A DNA stretch of 64,000 nucleotides, taken from contig NC_087436.1 in NCBI RefSeq assembly GCF_036321535.1, positions 110,424,001 to 110,488,000 of the forward strand, written 5' to 3'. The first letter of the stretch is position 1. Every line of letters begins with the position of its first letter. Shown piece by piece: positions 24,721 through 38,089 of this stretch. A program made the position numbers and the translations under genes. The DNA is from Camelus dromedarius. Lineage: Eukaryota. Under the pieces are notes generated by a model that searched no databases, was not told the DNA's origin, and was given only the letters and a program-made list of their open reading frames with translations.

Positions 24721-25989
24721 TGAGATTTATAGGATATGCTGCAGTAAGGACTGTGGCCTCTGTCTTCACAGGGTCTACATCACGCTCAGTTCCGCATCAA
24801 CAGTGGGTAGTGCATCACCACGCATACCAGGGAATTTGAATTATTAGCGAATATGTGCCTGGTTTTCAATGAGTAGCCTTTGTTTTCATGCCAAACCAAT
24901 CTTTAAAAAAAGGTTTAGTCCTGTATGTTCTCCCTTCAAAACACATCTTTTCATTAAACTGCTCATAAGCAATGCAGTTTTATTGGCACTTACTGAAAAA
25001 GCTTGTAACAAATAAAAGAGAGTTTGTGTTGCCACCAAACTACAAGCACCAATATAAAATTCTGCCCCCATCACCAGCCCTCTTTTGCTATCACCTGCAA
25101 GATGCCATCTCTCTTTCTGCTATACAGTCTCCAAATCTCATTCCCAACTTCTTTTCACGGAGTAATTTGGTTCTTTTCCAACCCTCTCAATCCAGGATAC
25201 AGTGGAATCGCAAGCACTGGAAACTTAGCCTCTCAATGACCTTTCCGAGCATCTATTCCTCTCCTTAGCCAGGATGCTCCTACTAGGAAAATATTTTACA
25301 TATGTTATTCCATAGTAGTATTCTTTACTTGCATTTTTAGCATGAAAGTTGATATATCATTACCCCTTCCATAGTTTCCCCTTAACTATATACAAGGAAA
25401 AATAAACACATGCCCTTATTAAAATTTATATTATTTTTATGTTGCACCTTACCTGAGCCTATGTAGTAGGATATGTAATACAGTAAAAATGTTTAGCACA
25501 TGTAGTACAACCTTGGAAACATGAGTTTGCAGTCTAGGTAGCAGAAAACATGTAGCATAGTACTCAGAAAACAGTCTGATCACAGCCATCATCATCATCA
25601 CCATCATCACAGGAAGAAGAAAAAGAAAGTAAGAAAATGAAGAAGTAACTATTGATTGTTTACCAGGTACCAAGTACTTACCTTACCTCTATTGAACACT
25701 GTCTCTTCTAATACATTAAACATTCTTATAAGCTTGGTACTACTTTTGTTAAGAATTCTCAGGGCTCTTTTTATTTGGTAAAAATCAGTCACACTCTTTC
25801 CTCTCTATAAATTCTAAAGCAATTGAGCAATGGTAAGAAGTCACAGGTAGATATGAATATACTAGTGTTACTACCATAAGGCTGCACTGGAGAAGATTTC
25901 TTGAAAATGTGGGCAATTTCTTCCTCTTGAATTGAATTACTTAGTCAAAACTACATTCACCTTCCCAAATAGTGCTAAGTGAAAAAATA

Positions 25990-28900
25990 ATAGACTACAT
26001 ACACACCAACAGGCTAAAGAAGAAAAGACATATGATCACATTAATAGATGGGAAAAATTGATAAATTCAATAACTATTCATTATTAAAAACTCTCAGAAA
26101 ATGAAGAACAGCAGGTAACTTCCCCAGTTTAATTTTTTTTAAATCTACAAAAAACTTAAATCTAATATAATACTTAATGGTGAGAAACTGTAAGATTTCC
26201 CTCTAAGATCAGAAAAAAGTTTCCTCCTTTTCAACATAATATTGGAAGTTCTAGTTAATGAATAGACAAGAAAAGAAGATAGAAAGCATATAAATTGGAA
26301 AGTAAGAAATAAAACTATCTTTATTTGCAGATGGCATGATTGTGTAGAAAATCTGGAAGAGTCAAAAATTACAAAAAAAAAAAAAAAACCCAAAAAACAA
26401 AAACAAAAAAACTCCTGAAACTAATAGCAATTATAGCAGGGATGCTAGATCCAAGGTTAATAAACAAAAATTATTTACATATAATCTATACATAAAACTG
26501 GAATTTGAAATTAAAACTTGCATTAGTTATACCCCAAGATTAAATACTTGGGAAAATATCTAAAATAAGAATATGTTCAATATGGATCAATGCAACAGAA
26601 TAGAGAGCCCAGAAATAAACCCACATATCTGTGGTCAATTAATCTATGACAAAGGAGGCAAGAATATACAATGCAGAAAAGACAATCTCCTCAGCATGTG
26701 ATGTTGGGAAAGCTGGGCAGCTGCACATAAATCAGTGAAAGTAGAACACTCCCTCACACCATACACAAAAATAAACTCAAAATGGCTTAAATACTTGACT
26801 ATAAGACATGACACCATAAAACTCCTAGAAGAGGACATAGGCAAAACATTCTTTGGCATGAATTTTCTTAGGTCAGTCTCCCCAGGGAAGAGAAATAAAA
26901 GCAAAAATTAAACAAAAGGGATCTAATCAAATTTATAAGTTTTTCTACAGCAAAGGAAACCATAAACAAAACGTAAAAACAACCTACAGAATGGGAGAAA
27001 ATATTTACAAATGATGCAACTCATGAGGCCTTAATTTCCAAAATATGCAAACAGCTCATACAACTCAGTTACAAAAAAATAAATAACCCAATCAAAAAAT
27101 GAGCAGAGGACCTAAACAGATGTTTCTCCAATGAAGACATATGGATGACCAATATGCACATGAAAAGATGCTCAATATCACTAATTATCAGAGAAATGCA
27201 AATCAAAACTACAGTGAGGTATCAACTCACACCAGTCAGAGTGGCCATTATTAAAATGCCTACAAATAATAAATGCTGGAAAGGGTATGGAGAAAAGGGA
27301 GCCCTCCACACCATTTGTGGGAATGTAGCTTGGTGTAGCCATTATGGAAAACAGTATGGAGGTTCCTCAAAAAATGAAATACTATATAATCCGTCAATCC
27401 CACTCTGGCATATATTCAGAAAAGACATACATACAATGGAATATTACTCAGTCATAAAAAAGAAAGAAATAATACCATTTGCAGCAACGTGGATACACCT
27501 AGAGGTTATCTAAGTGAAGTAAGTCAGAAAGAGAAACACAAATATCATATGATACCACTTATGTGTGGAATCTAAAAAATAATACAAATAAACTAATTTA
27601 CAAAGCAGAAATATACTCACAGACCTAGAAAACAAACTGACAGTTAACAAAGGGAAATCAGGGGGAGGGGTAGATCAGGTGTTTGAGATTATCACATACA
27701 AATTACTATATATAAAATAGACAAAGAACAAGGCCCTACTGTATAGCACAGGGAACTATATTTAATCTCTTGTAGTAAACTATAATGGAAAAAATCTAAA
27801 AAAGAAAAAATGAAATTAAAATATTTGCTGGATGTTTCAAAAAAAAAAAAGAAGTATGCACAAGCTCTATATAAGGAAAACTACAAAGCTGATTAAAGAA
27901 ATCAGAGAAGAATTAAATAAATGGAGAAATAGTCCATGATCATGGATAGGAAGACTCAGTATTGCCAAGATGTTAGTTCTTCCCAGCTTGATCTATAAAC
28001 TCAACACAATCCCAATAAAATCCCAGCAAGCTATTTTGCGGATATCAACAAACTGATTCTAAAATGTATATGGAGATGCAAAAGATGCAGAATAGCTAAC
28101 ACAATATTAATGGAAAAAAACAGAGGACAAACACTCCTCAACCTAAAGGCTTATCATAGAGCTACAGTAATCAAAACAGCATGGTATTAACAAAAGAATA
28201 CACAACAGATCGATGGAATAGAATAGAGAGCCCAGAAACAGACCCACATAAATACAAGTAACTGATCTTTGACAAAGGAGCAAAGGCAATATAATGGAGA
28301 AAATAGACTTTTCAACAAATATTGGAACAAATGAACACCCACATGCAAAAAAAGAAAAATCTCAACGTAGACCTTACACCCTTCACAAAGACTAACACAA
28401 AATTAATCATATATCTAAATGTAAAATGCAAAACATAAAACTCTTAGTAGGTAACATAGAAGAAAATGCAGATGACTTTGGGATTCGATGATGACTTTCT
28501 TAGATACAACAACAAAGGCACACTTGAAATAATTCATTGACAAACAATACTTTATTAAAATTAAAAACTTCTGCTCTGTGAAAACCAATGTCAAGAGAAT
28601 GAGAAGACAAGTCACAGACTGGGAGAAAAATATCATAAAAGACATATTTGATAAGGACTGTCATCTAAAATACACATAGAATCCTTGAAACTCAATAATA
28701 AGAAAATGAACTATCTGGTTAGAAATCAGCAAAGGACCTGAAAAGACACCTCAACATAGAAGGCATACATGGCAAATAAACATATGAAAGTGTGCTCCAA
28801 ATTATATGTCATTAGGGAATTGCAAATTAAAACAATGAGATACCATTGCAAACTTTTTGGAATGGCCAAAATCTGGAACACTGACACCAGTTGCTGGCAA

Positions 28901-29664
28901 GGACACAGGATGTGGAGCAACAGGGACACTCATTCGCTGCTGGTGGGGATGGAAAACAGTACAGCCACTTCAAACAACAGTTTATCAGTTAGCTGTAGGA
29001 CTAAACATAGTTTACCGTGTGATCCAGTAATCGTGCTCCTTGCTATTTATCCATATGAGTTAAAAACTTAGGTCCACACAAAAATCTGCACACAGATCTT
29101 GATTCATAATTGTTAAAACTTGGATGCAACCAACATGTCCTTCAGCAGATGAACAGATAAATAAACTGTGATACACTGAGACAGTGGAATATTATTCGGC
29201 ACTAAAGAAAAATTAGCTATCAAGCCATAAAAAGACATGAAGGAAACTAAAGAGCATATTACTAAATGGAAGAAACCAATCTCAAAATGCTACATGCTAT
29301 ATGATTCCAACCATATGACACTCTGGAAAACAAACAGATTAGTGGTTGCCAGGGGAGTGTAAAGAATGTTAAAAGCAGCAAAACTATTCTGTGTGACACT
29401 GTAATGGTGGATACATGTTATTATAAATTTGTCAAAACCTATAGCATGTACAACACTCAGAATGAACCTGAATGTAAGTTACGGGCTTTGGGCATAAAGA
29501 CGTATTACTGTAGGTTGATCGGTTGTAACAAACGATGTGGAATATTGATAGTGGGGGAGGCTTGAGTATGTGTGCGGTCAGAGGATATATGGAAACTCTT
29601 TATTTTCTGCTCAGTTTTGCTGTGAACCCAATACTGCTCTAAAAAATAGTCTATTAAAAAATAA
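25990..29664 (+). mobile_element. Old L1 (L1MC1/2-like) ORF2-3'UTR, interrupted by a younger L1
   Basis: Decayed RT region (TTATTTGCAGATGGCATGATT, the LFADDM position); 3' end TTTTGCTGTGAACCCAATACTGCTCTAAAAAATAGTCTATTAAAAA. Confidence 0.88.
26581..27850 (+). mobile_element. Younger 5'-truncated L1 nested in the old L1
   Basis: ORF 27145-27513 ([19 protein letters not shown]...); 3'UTR CTGTATAGCACAGGGAACTATAT; poly(A) 27839-27850; degenerate TSD AAGAATATGTTCAA / AGAAGTATGCACAA. Confidence 0.9.
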
Positions 29665-29884
29665 ACTACACACCTTGATGTGACAACAGGAGGCGCCGTC
29701 TATAGAGAATGAACACCTAGAGAGCTGTAAAATCCAAAAGGGTAAATAAAGAGCCAAATTACATCAGAGGCAACAGAAAAAATTTTCAGTGATAGGAAAC
29801 CCAATTTAAGAGACTTGCTCCCTCTTTAATTATTCCCAGCAAGCTTTCTATGAAATAGCAACATGGCAAAAAAGAGGGAAGATT

Positions 29885-30388
29885 TAGAGTAGGTTTCTTC
29901 TAAGGTGGACCTCAGTGATTCCTGACACATGATATTCAGCCTTTCACAGTCCTCTCCCTTTGGTAACTAATAGAATTTTTCAAAATTAGGAAAAGTCATT
30001 TTTGTGGTTAGGTTTCAAAAAATCTGACTTCCACCTTGGTAGCAGACTCTCTTCCTCACCCAATGAAGCAAGCTGCGATGTTGGGAAAGCCCATGGAGCA
30101 AGGAACTGAGGACTGCCTCCTGTCAACAGCAAGCTAGAAACACTGACACTCAAGCCACCCAAAAAAGAACATAATTTTGCAAACAGCTTGGAAGCAGATC
30201 CTTCCCCTTTTCATATGACACTCCAACCCTTGCTGTCACTTGATTGGAGCGTCATCAGAGACTTTGAAGCAGAGGACCCAGGAAAGCTGTGCAGACTCCT
30301 GACCTACAGCACTGTGAGAAACGTAAATGTCTGTTATTTTAAGTCCCTAAGTTTGTTTTAGTTTACGTAGAAATAGGTAACTAACAAA
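29885..30388 (+). mobile_element. MLT1E/F-like MaLR LTR
   Basis: GCAAGGAACTGAGG...AGCTTGGAAGCAGATCCTTCCCC...GCAGAGGACCCAG...CTCCTGACCTACAG...TAACTAAC. Confidence 0.85.
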
Positions 30389-30689
30389 AGGGCTTGCCAC
30401 TTTCCTCTACCAGCTCTCAATGTAATGCTAAATATTTTGGGATAATTGACTGTATTGATACTACTCTGCGTCGATGAAACTTAACCAAAACATTTAGCTT
30501 AACCAAAACATGCATGGGCGGATCTGCATGCAGTTTAGTGTGAAACATTCCTTCATTAAGCACATGGTGATAATAATAAATCGTGTATGGTCTTGACCCT
30601 TCGGGTCAGTAACAGACACTGTTCTATGCTAACAGTTTGACTATCACTACTGTACTACTGTTAGCAGCTACTATTAACAATCACTGTTA

Positions 30690-30845
30690 CTGTTTCTATG
30701 TGACCTTAGGCAAATCATATGATCTCTCTGAGCTCCAATTTCCTCACCGTTTAAATGGCTACAAGAAGAAGATTACATGAGATTATGTATGCAAAGTTTT
30801 AGAATGACTCTCAGAGCACAGCAAACATTTAATAAATACTAACTT
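30690..30845 (+). mobile_element. MIR
   Basis: TGTGACCTTAGGCAAATC...CTCTCTGAGCTCCAATTTCCTCACCGTTTAAATGG. Confidence 0.75.
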
Positions 30846-31659
30846 ATATTATTGTAAAAATTTAAAAGGAATTCCAATTACTTGTTTAATCATTTTACAC
30901 CAATAGACAATCTAAGGTTGTTGACATTTTCCATAATATTGTACTGATATGAATTCTTGTACATTATTTACTGTCTTCTAGTGAAATAAGCAAATCTTAT
31001 CATTTACCAAAACACAGTTTTCCAGTAATCTGTGATTAACAAACTCTATCGATTTATCAAGAGGATCTTCTGTGCTACTTAGACAGAAGATATAGGGAAA
31101 AGGGAGAAAAATTCTTGCAAATCCTTAACTAATAAAACATTATTTTTACCACAGAATCAAGGCAAAATATAAGTTTAAAAAATCTAATTTCCTTGGAAAT
31201 ATCTCCTTTCCCCAAATACACACAGAATATATTCTGCCAAAGAGGTCAATAAAATGACAAAAATCAAGAATGATCTTTAATTGCTTTTAGTCCTTGGAGT
31301 TCAAAGGGAAAGGGGTCCCTTCTTCTTCCCTACGGAACCAAATAAAAGTATTCTTGAGTCAGTCAAGCATGTGAGGAGATAAAATTATTACTTAACCATA
31401 GTACATTATCTTTCCTTATTTACAGCATTGCTTTTATGACCACTCCATTAAACAATGATCGCACATCTTTTCTAAATAAACACCTAACAAAAATTCCTAA
31501 AAGTATATTAATAAATATAGAATACTCTAGAATAATTTCTTGATAAAAAGTTATTTATGAGAAACATGTACTTAGGAAAACATAAAGCAGATGAGACTGA
31601 AAGAGGAAATTTATGTCAAGTCCATTAAAAAACACTAGTAAAAACAAAACCAACATGGG

Positions 31660-31790
31660 CCACACCTATCTGTGCCAAGCACTGTATTAGGTACCATCTG
31701 GTTCACATTGTTGTCTTGCAAAGATTCCTGCAAGTTAGGTGTCATTTCCATTATCTTTTTACAGACTAGGAAACCGTCCCTCTGAGATTA
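31660..31790 (-). mobile_element. MIR fragment
   Basis: TGTGCCAAGCACTGTATTAGG...TTTTACAGACTAGGAAACC. Confidence 0.6.
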
Positions 31791-32545
31791 CTTCATTTAC
31801 TATGATACATGTAGATTTATATTCTCGCAATACTTTTATCTAAGCTTATTGTGGGACTTCCCAGAAGTAAAGTCCTCTTTACCTAGAAGTTGGACCAAAA
31901 AAAAAATGGTAGCTTCAAATTTTATAAAGAGGAAACAAGGTCACATTTTAGCCAAGATTGCATTTCTGCAAAGGATTATTCTACACTAAGCCAAGTATCT
32001 ATGATAACACTAAACAATAAATACACCCACCCCCTGAGATTTGAGGTTGGAGAGTTTACCTGAGTTCCACCTTAACTTTCCTACCATCTTGCTAAAGAAT
32101 TTTGATCTACCTTTCAGATGATCAGGAAAAGGGACAGCTCCATGAACACTGTGACTGACATTATTTTTCTTCTCTCTTTGGAGTATGTTAATATTTTACC
32201 CTGAAAACTAAAATTGTACTGACCCATTGCAATATTTTATCAGTAATTTCTGAGTAACAATAAGCCCAAGGAAAGTTCAGGGAGCCCACAGCGTGGAATT
32301 CTGGATCTTTTACTGAGGGAGTCACCCGGGACGTGGCTAACTGCAGTGACTCTGACACAGGTGAGAGCCATGGTACACAGGGTGGATGTGGGGTCAGGGG
32401 TGTCATTCCCAGGGTGCAGTTTTCTGTGGGCTGGTGGCAACTGAATGGCCTTGTGTGCAAATATCATCCTCATTCAGTTTATCTGGCCCAAGCCCTCCTG
32501 TATGCACTTAAGAAAACCTTCCTATGATTTTAAAGATCCAGCCGA

Positions 32546-32888
32546 CTTCTAGAGGCCAGAAGTCCAAAATCAAGGTGCCGTCAAGGCCATGCTCTCTCCA
32601 AAAGCTCGGGAGGCAAAGCCTCCCCTGCCTCTTCCTGCTTCTAGAGGCTCCCGTTGTTCCTTGACTAGAGGCTGCACCATTCCAACCTCTGCTTCTGCCT
32701 TCACATGGCCCTCCCTCTGTGTGACTCCATGTGTTCCCTTCTCTGTCTCTTGTAAGGGTGTTTGTATTAGATTTAAGACCTACCCTAAATCCAGAATGAT
32801 CTTACCTCAAGATTCTTAACTTAATTGCATCTACAGAGAGTCTTTCTCAAAATAAGGTCATATCCATAGGTTCCAAAAGCAGAACATA

Positions 32889-32924
<36 letters not shown>

Positions 32925-32955
32925 AGGGCGGGATGGGCACCATTCAACCCACTAG
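32546..32955 (-). mobile_element. MLT1C-like MaLR LTR, missing its 3' terminal part; contains a ~33-nt poly(T) run
   Basis: TTCTAGAGGCCAGAAGTCCAAAATCAAGGTG...CTGCCTTCACATGGCC...AAATAAGGTCA...CCATTCAACCCACTA. Confidence 0.85.
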
Positions 32956-32964
32956 AGAAGCCTT

Positions 32965-33170
32965 GAGCTCTGTGGCCAGACTCTGGAGTCAGGTACACCT
33001 GGATTGAAATCTGTTCTTTACTTCCCAACTGAATGACCCAGAGCACTTTTCTCATCTGTAAAATGTCGATAGTATAAGCACCTATGCCCTGGTTTATGGT
33101 GAAAAATCACACAACAGAGACTTGGCATCGTGTCTGGCACAAATATTCCCTTTAATTACTAGCTATTTCC
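32965..33170 (+). mobile_element. MIR
   Basis: GACTCTGGAGTCAG...CTGGATTGAAATC...TTTCTCATCTGTAAAATG...GTCTGGCACA. Confidence 0.75.
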
Positions 33171-33294
33171 TCAATAACGTACAGTACTGGAGATGGCTCA
33201 GCTTTATGCAGGGACGAGCAGCTGGCCAGCATCCAGCCAGAAAGAATCCAAGACGTGTACATCACGGGCCTCTTGCTCTAATTGAGCTAATTTT

Positions 33295-33460
33295 GTAAGA
33301 TGGAATCTCACTGTTGAAAGGAAACTTAATGACCATCCAGGCCAATGCACATGATTCCACAGATGATGATAATAAAGCTCAGAGAGAGAACGCATTTTAA
33401 TCCATAATGACATAGATTATATGGCACAACCAAAACTAGAACCCAAGCATCCAGGCTCCC
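33295..33460 (-). mobile_element. MIR/MIR3 fragment
   Basis: CACAGATGATGATAATAAAGCTCAGAGAG...ACTAGAACCCAAG. Confidence 0.55.
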
Positions 33461-35047
33461 TGCTTGGTTCTTACCTCCATTCATCATCCCTGGTGAGATG
33501 AATCATTAGTGGTAATTATCCCCACTGACAAAGAGAAATTAAAATCTCAAAAATAGATTTTTTTCCATTTTAGAATGTTTTCTCCAAACTGACTCTTCTA
33601 CAGTAATTAAAACTAGTAATTTTAATTATACTAGCACATGCTGGTACAGCAGTCTGGAGCAGACTCTCTCAAATAAATTAACACCCTTTCCCCTTCCACT
33701 GACCATTGGTAACAAAAGAAATGCACATGCCATGCTGACCTACTCACCCCTCTACTGCACAGTAAAAAGTGTACAATTTGCATTTTAGTGCTAATGACCT
33801 CAGAAATTTTCGAATAATATTCTGTTTGTTATCTGTGCCATCATAAATGTTCTAAGCTTCTTGTATGAAAAGTATGTTCCTAAGATTGCAAAGTTGGAAT
33901 GGGGGGGAAGGGGAAGGCATTAAGGGGTGGAAAGGAATAGCAGAATAGTAGTCGCACAGACATTTTATAGTTTGCCCAGAATACGGGTCTAAGGAACTAA
34001 TTTGGTACAATTATTACACTTGGTTTGGACTGATATTTCAGTGACTTGTCCAACTTCATTTTTAACTGCATTGGTTTTCACTTCTATTTGCTCATAGAAA
34101 TTTGCCTGCCATTTAAGTCCCTTTAGTCACATCTGATTTTGATAGTTATTTTTGGATTTATCTCATCTCTCCTCTAGAGGACCTAGTCCTTGAGAATTGA
34201 AAGGAGATTCTTCCTGCGGTGGGAAGTTCCTGCGAGCAGGCCCTACTTTATCTCACGCGTTACCGTATCTACAAGGCACGACATAGTGCCCGACACAAGG
34301 TGACTTCCAAGTAACTCACTGTTGAGTGAGTTAATAACCCACTTAACGGACTCTCACTTAGCAAGCATTTATTAATTTGCACATATAGAGAAGCTCTCTG
34401 GTCGAACATTCACTTTTGTATATTCCACACGATGTGTTGCACATGGTTAATATTTAAGTATGTCTATGAAATACACCACAGAAAGTTTTGGAAGATTGTA
34501 AGCTGGTTACCAGACTTCTTCTAAATAGAAGTATGGTTAACCTCATCTTAAATTACCTTGATAGCTCTAAAGCCACTTCTAAAGTAATTCTAACATTCCA
34601 AGTTGGCAAATTTTATTTCCAGAGTTAAGGATAGAATAAAGGACCTATATAATAAAAATGAATTGTGGCACTAGTATGGCTGGTGGAAGTAATTTCAGAG
34701 CTATGCTAAAAGCCTTTTTAACATGGTCTGTCTAGCCTGGCACGAGAAAGGGTCTACCACTGTGGTCTCCTGCTGGACTGTGGAGGGTGTACAGTTACTC
34801 CCACAGGGCATCCAGGGTAAACTGGGCACAGCTGCCACTTAGCTGGTTGACAATGAGCCTGGGTGTTAGTCTCAAATCTGACTAAGTAAAGTGATTGTAT
34901 TAGGACAACTCAAAGCAGAAAAACCTGGAGAAGTCCAGACTGCTCTCCAGGCCAGGGTACCAAGGTGTGAAGTTTACCTTTAGCCCAGTGGGTATGCACA
35001 TGACACAAAGTTTAAAAAGAGAGAGCAAGAGAGAGTTGAGTAAACAG

Positions 35048-35518
35048 AGTATGTTCATTTGCAAAGGCTGACATAACAAAGTAGTACAAACTGAGTGTCT
35101 TCAACAACTAGAACTTGCAGTCTCACCGTTCTGGAAGCTAGAAGTCTGGGGTCAAAGCCTCAGCAGGACCATGCTTCCTCTCAAGGCATTAGGGGAGGAT
35201 CTGCTTCAGGTGTCTCTTAGCTTATGGTAGTTCTTTGGCTCGTGACAGTGTGACTCCAATCTTCTCATGGAGTTCTCCCTGTGTGTGTATCTCTGTATCC
35301 AAACTTCTCCCTTTTATAAGGACACAGTCACATTAGATGGTGGGCCCACCCTACTCCAGTGTGACCTCATCTTAACTAATCACATGTGTAACAACACTTA
35401 TTTTCAAGTAAGGTCGTATCTTGAGGGAGTTGGGGTTGGACTTCAGCACTGAGGTGGTGAAGGTTAGGACTTCAGCACTTTTTTATTTGGGGAGAAGGTG
35501 CACAATTCAACCCATAAC
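35048..35518 (-). mobile_element. MLT1B/C-like MaLR solo LTR
   Basis: CATAACAAAGTA...GTTCTGGAAGCTAGAAGTC...TTATAAGGACA...GTGACCTCATCTTAACTAAT...CACAATTCAACCCATAACA. Confidence 0.88.
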
Positions 35519-36699
35519 ACAGAGTAATAGAATCAGTAAAAGAAAGGCACAAACCAGGCAGGAATTTTGCAGGGAGGAGCTTGGTAATCCAAGGTTCTCT
35601 TTTTTCAAGCACCGACAGCCTAGCGCACAGGTAGCTTGAACTCGTTTGGAAGAGGAAGATAATTTTTAACACAAGTTTCTGTGAGGGCACAATCTCTCCC
35701 TTTACTCACTCCAGAGAGCCTGCTGACAGAACCCAGGCCAACCAAGCCGAATGGGAAAATGTAGGCACAGAGCCATTGGCTAGAACGAGTTCTGTGCTTA
35801 TCACCTAGACATGCTGACTAACATTAAAGAGCTGGATTTGATGGATGCCAAAGAGCAGTGGGCAAATGAGTCTGCTCAGGCAAAGACCTTGACATTTTTT
35901 GGAGGAAAGGCATTATTCAATTATTCCTCCTTCCATCTAGTGCTGATTTTCAAGCAGCCCAATGCTGTACATTTTCAGGTCTTTGGAGTAAAGCACTTAG
36001 CAAGAGATTGCATGTTGTTTCAAACTGAAAGAGACACAGTAATGCTTTTCCATCCTTCCTTCAATCAGCATGGCTATTTTCCAATATTAATAAAAAGTTC
36101 TGTTTCTGTAAACTAACCTCTAACTCCATTGTCTCTCGTGAGTTCCGAGGATTTGATGACGAACTTGGCATGCTAAATTTTACAGATCCAAATCAATGCT
36201 GAACACAAAAGAAAGACCAGTGCCCTATGGTAATATAAGAGCATGATTATTTTTGGACTGAAACTGCTTAACACAAGCATAGCTGCAAAGATCTTGTTCC
36301 GCTTCCAGAAGATCGTCTTTATACTCCAAATGTATCCGAGAGTCACAGAAACCAAGCTCAGACAGCATTATTAATGTGAAATAAAGTTATGTCACACTTG
36401 GTTTTCAAAGATAGTAAATCCACCAACACCAGTGAAATTAAATAAATATTTGAAGTCTGAAGTTAACATCTATGAGGGAGCCAGGAAAAATGAAAATTTC
36501 AAATCTGGTTTAGGAAAAAAAATATCTTTTTCATTAGTTTTCTCTCAGATCATTTAAAGTTAACTACATATTGACTACAGAAATGATATTTATTCAATGA
36601 TGAAATTTCCATCTAAATTGAAATTATTAAGAATAAATATATACTCCTGTAAAACTGACTTACAGTGGAGTAGCATGCAGGCATAATGAGTTTTGGGAT

Positions 36700-37165
36700 A
36701 CAGCCAGTCTGATCGTGTCACTTCTGTGTTTAAATGTTTTACTGATGTCCCACTGAATTCAGGATACCTTTCAGAAAGCCTTTAAGGATATGATCTTTGG
36801 TTGACCCTTCAGCCTCCTCTCTAAACTCCACTCACCCCACCTTTCAAACCCTCTTCCAGGATCCCATCACATCCACACTCCTCCCTTCTGGGCACTTTGT
36901 ACGTTTATTGTTTATTTTTAATCTCTGGAGGCCTGGGGCTTTACTTTACTTTACTCCAAGGCTCAGTATTCCATGAAAGTCTTTGAAATGGGTTGCATGC
37001 TTGTTTTATGTGCTACTTTGTGGTCATCCATGTGGCAACTATTATCATAGTTTTATACTGGGATGTACAAGCATCTACCTCCTTCACCAGCTGCATGTGC
37101 CTTAAGAACAGGGACTCAGATAACTCATGCTATTTGGTCAGTAGATATTTACTAACATTGAATGA
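36700..37165 (+). mobile_element. L2 3' region
   Basis: TCTGATCGTGTCACTTC...CCCACTGAATTCAGGATA...CTTAAGAACAGGGACT...TCAGTAGATATTTAC...TGAATGAA. Confidence 0.65.
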
Positions 37166-37594
37166 AAAAGTGAAAGTCACCGCAAGTGTTTCATTGATTA
37201 TGCCTCACGTATGGTATGATAATTAAATGTGTTTGCCAAAAATAACTGACATAATTAACCTATGTTCATAGAAAAATTAGTTCAGTACAAGAAGGAAAAT
37301 AGCTGTGTTCTATTCTACACTGGATTTGTGCTAAGGAAAATATAAACCAAAAAAAAAAAAAAATTTAAGTTATCTGCTGTCCTAGCTTACAGAAATAACA
37401 TTTATTAATTATTTTTGCATCAGCTTTCCAGTCTCTCTCCCTTTCTCTCTCTCTTTTTTAAAATGGGCATCAATATTTAAAAGAGATGGTGACAGACTAG
37501 ACTACATTGATGTAATTTTCATATAATTGTGAAGAATATAGAAACAATTAACCAATACAAAAAAAGAAGAAAAATGGCTTTTTTTTTTTGAAAG

Positions 37595-37925
37595 GTACAA
37601 TGGCTGTCTTTCAATATGTATAAGATCATCATACAGAAGAGAAATTAAGCTCAAATCTGTAGGACTATTGAGAGTAGATCTAGTATCAAAAGGTTTACTA
37701 AACTGGATTTCAGCTTAATATAAGAAATAACTTTCTAAATATTTGAGCATTGTGAAAATTGAAGTAGCTTCCTTTTCAGAAAGTGAGTTTCTTTATCATA
37801 AAGGTAAATAAACTGAAGATAGTTGCCTCTTTGTTGAGAATATTAGAGAAGAGACACATCCATCAAATTAATCCTGGAGATGACTCTGCAGTTCTTCTAA
37901 GTGTGAGATTTAATGAGTCTATGAC
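37595..37925 (+). mobile_element. CR1/L3 LINE 3' end
   Basis: ATGGCTGTCTTTCAATAT...GATTTCAGCTTAATATAAGAAATAACTTTCTAA...GAGATTTAATGAGTCTATGA (octamer-like CR1 tail). Confidence 0.7.
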
Positions 37926-38089
37926 AAAGGATTTTTTAAAATTCATTATCAAGAATAATTCCAAATGAATTATTCTCTTATTCTAAACAAGAAGTGATAC
38001 ATTAAAGGAAGAAAATCCCTTTCACACAGGCTTAGTAAATATATACAAAATAATTCCACTGTGCAAAAGGGATGAGAAATGTGTATCTA

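Noticed and set aside
36120..36365. CpG-containing stretch as a possible coding exon
   Set aside because: The minus-strand frames I translated and the ORF track give no recognisable protein, and I saw no convincing splice-site pair.
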